Part shown: in pieces, positions 61,701 to 64,000 of the stretch
Numbering within the stretch: the stretch's first letter is position 1
How the letters are laid out: each line of letters opens with the position of its first letter
Source: Lytechinus pictus
Lineage: Eukaryota
Length of the DNA stretch: 64,000 bases
NCBI RefSeq assembly: GCF_037042905.1
Contig: NC_087251.1
Location: forward strand, 35,774,001-35,838,000
Direction of reading: 5' to 3'
Notes under the pieces: model-generated
What the model was told of the DNA's origin: nothing
Seen by the model: the letters and a program-made list of their open reading frames with translations, nothing else
Database searches by the model: none
Program-made: the position numbers and the translations under genes

Positions 61701-63077
61701 GGGGAAATGAAAGTAAGTTTTTCTTCAGTGTTTGTCCATGTAAAACGGGCATTTAGGTACCAATTTGAGAAGTTCTGCGTTGGCTTTAAGCAATGTAGAG
61801 CAGCATTTTTGGTCAATATATAGTTTTAAACTTTTCATAATAAAAAATATATGAACATAATCATAAAAACATTATCCAATACTCAATTATTTTTTTTATA
61901 TTGCATAATTTTGATAATCAAACTATTGCCCAGCATTATTTATCATTTCATATTATTTTCTTTTAGATGAGAGCAAAGATGAAGGATACTCCGGTTGTGC
62001 TTCTGCCAACCCATCGTAGCTATCTGGATTTTCTTCTGATGTCTTACATCCTCTTCCACTTTCATCTTCCTCTTCCTTATATTGCTGCCGGAGCAGGTAT
62101 GGAGCACACTCTTTCATGCACTATACTGGATTACCGGTGTGTTGGCTCAGTTGGTAGAACGTCCGTCTCACAACCGGGAGGTCGGGGTTCAAACCCCGGC
62201 CGCGTCAGACCAAAAGACGTTAAAAGATGGGAGTTGCTGCTACCCTGTTTGGCGTTCAACAATTAAAGCCTCGTCGATCTGGCGCTGCACAGCGGCTGCC
62301 GGGCCCATGTCTATTTCGAACAATAAAATATGGATTTTCATCATGTGCACGACAAATATTAAGGTCTTCCAGTCTTCAGCTCTATTTCACCCCAATACAG
62401 GGTGTAATTAGACTTGCACAAGGATAAATTAGTATCAATATTTGGAGTCTATGTGGTCCAGCAGAGGCGCATCAAATTCTTACAACAAATAGACATCTCA
62501 TGATTATTGACTGACGATCTTGCATTAGGGGGCTTAAAATAAATGCCTGAACCCCTTCCTCAGAAAAATTGATAATATATAAGTGTTAATTTCTGTCCTC
62601 TTTTATTTTAAATTGCTGTTATATCCTTGGGGTACTATTGGTATATAAAAGCTATTTCATAAAAGTAACAACCACAAACAATTTTTTTTCATCATCCATG
62701 GATTTCTTGTAACATATTGCACACCTTAATGCAATATTGACCTTTGTCAAATTGTATTTTTTTTATCATAAGATTTGATAAGTTGCTCATCATCCAGTAA
62801 CAAAGCTTTATTGCTAAGAGCAGATAATTTTCAAGTAACTTTTTTATTTCGTGCTGTACTTCATTTGAACCAGATTTCATGCATATGAACTTTGTCGGTG
62901 AGATCTTGAGGAAGTGTGGTGCATTCTACATCCGACGATCGTTCGGCTCGGACCGTCTCTACTGGGCGATCTTCACCGAATATGTCCAGATAAACCTCAG
63001 CAACAGCGAAGGTCCTCTGGAATTCTTCATCGAAGGAACCAGAAGCCGCACAGGAAAGTTTTTATCGCCCAAACTAG
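58744..63077 (+). CDS. GNPAT: Dihydroxyacetone-phosphate acyltransferase (GNPAT), 5' coding exons 58744-58926, 60118-60294, 61967-62096, 62874-63077; gene continues past the window
   Basis: Spliced frame gives YEDILDPRR...VLKSQRLRHVIEQ|LVSEKG...ILEEMGHNL...VNQSGIQK|MRAKMKDTPVVLLPTHRSYLDFLLMSY (HxxxxD acyltransferase motif)...AAGA|DFMHMNFVGEILRKCGAFYIRRSFG...LEFFIEGTRSRTGK. GT-AG junctions, phases 0, 0, 1, 1. Confidence 0.93.
58956..59181. mobile_element. Tc1-like MITE
   Basis: TA|CAGTTGTGCTCAAAAGTTAGTGAA ... TTCACTAGCTTTTGAGCACCACTG|TA. Confidence 0.8.
59776..59982. mobile_element. Tc1/mariner-like MITE
   Basis: TA|CAGTGCGTCCCAC ... GTGGGACGCACTG|TA. Confidence 0.8.
60328..60562. mobile_element. 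PIF/Harbinger-like MITE
   Basis: CAG|GGCCCGTCTTACAAAGAGTT ... AACTCTTTGTAAAACGGACC|CAG (3-bp CAG TSD). Confidence 0.7.
60842..61156. mobile_element. hAT-type MITE
   Basis: CAGGCGCGGATCCAGG ... GGATCCTCCTCTG, TSD TATGATTA/AATGATTA. Confidence 0.75.
62134..62290 (+). mobile_element. tRNA-derived SINE (Meta-domain-like core)
   Basis: A box TGGCTCAGTTGGTAGA, B box GGTTCAAACCCC, then GTCAGACCAAAAGACGTTAAAAGATGGGAGTTGCTGCTACCCTGTTTGGCGTTCA. Confidence 0.7.
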
Positions 63078-64000
63078 GTGAGGTATGTTTGGTGTAGTGG
63101 TTGATGAGGTTGTTGTATCTGGCTACAAAAAGGTACACACCTGCCAAGTGATCCTGTCTAATAGGAATGTTTCTATTTTGGGGAAAACAAAATTGGCTTT
63201 TTAGCCTCTACATTCCTCCTATTTCTGTGATTTTTTTCTGCTGTATTCAATAGGAAATTTAAGAATGATCCTATTTCTGGGAATTCTAAGTAATGTGTGT
63301 CTTGCATCTCAGGGTTGGTAGGTATGAAAGTATGAATGATTCCTTGGAATGCAAACAGGACTGATGGCTGGTTCCTTTGGAAGGACCGAAGAATGACAAT
63401 TGATGCCTTCCCCCCCCCCCCCCTCCCCCAACCCCAAAAAATGTTTGTTTGGAAACTTTGATGTAATGGAGGACAAAATTAGGATTGGTCTGTCAGCTTT
63501 ATTTTAGATATAATAAAAATGCCCCTAGATCTGTTTTTTTCATGTGTGTGCTGCAGGGACTCTTTACATATTATATAAAACTCAAACTTATATGCACAAT
63601 AAACATTATACATATCTGCTCATGATATTAATACTGTTCTTCTCTGCCGTTAGCCAGGGTTTTTTTTTACTCTTATGTTAAAGAAAAATGATGAAAAGAT
63701 GGATAAATAAGCAGCAGTTGGCACTTATTTAAAATGGCAAAATTAATTAAATGCATAGTTTGAAAAGGGGTCAATAATGAATGCACACTTTTGCCAGATG
63801 GCACTAAAGTCATTAAAAATACTGCATTAATGAAGCAACTGTTTATGTACATTAATTAACATATACATTGACTAATGAATTAAATAGTGGTATCATTTTA
63901 ATGCTGTATCCTTAGTAACAATCGTCAATCTAGCATGCTGTCAAAAAAATTACAGAAGCTTTATCAGTAAACGCACCAAATTAAGCATAATCTAGGCATA

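Overview
Eukaryotic, repeat-dense genomic DNA. The repeat families and gene structure suggest an invertebrate deuterostome, probably a sea urchin (inference, not a database match). Two host genes can be built by hand, both on the + strand. (1) A four-exon SAMD9/SAMD9L-like innate-immune STAND NTPase (10788-29826, about 1604 aa). It has SAM, SIR2-like, P-loop, TPR and OB regions but lacks the AlbA_2 nuclease effector. Upstream, symmetric phase 1-1 exons add a cryptic-RHIM-like motif and a TRADD-N-like domain. (2) The 5' part of GNPAT/DHAPAT (58744 to beyond the window). The rest is mostly nested mobile DNA: a near-complete two-gene Harbinger (transposase plus convergent MADF gene) with an apparent TA target duplication, hAT/Kolobok/Tc1/Academ/Sola-like non-autonomous elements, Helentron-type HINEs, foldback elements, LINE fragments, tRNA-derived SINEs, and an inverted pair of tRNA-like genes, one an intact cloverleaf with a UCA anticodon. 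The most interesting candidate system is the effector-swapped SAMD9-like sensor (cRHIM-like + TRADD-N-like + SAM instead of AlbA_2). All domain and family calls come from recalled motif similarity and need HMM or RepeatMasker confirmation.
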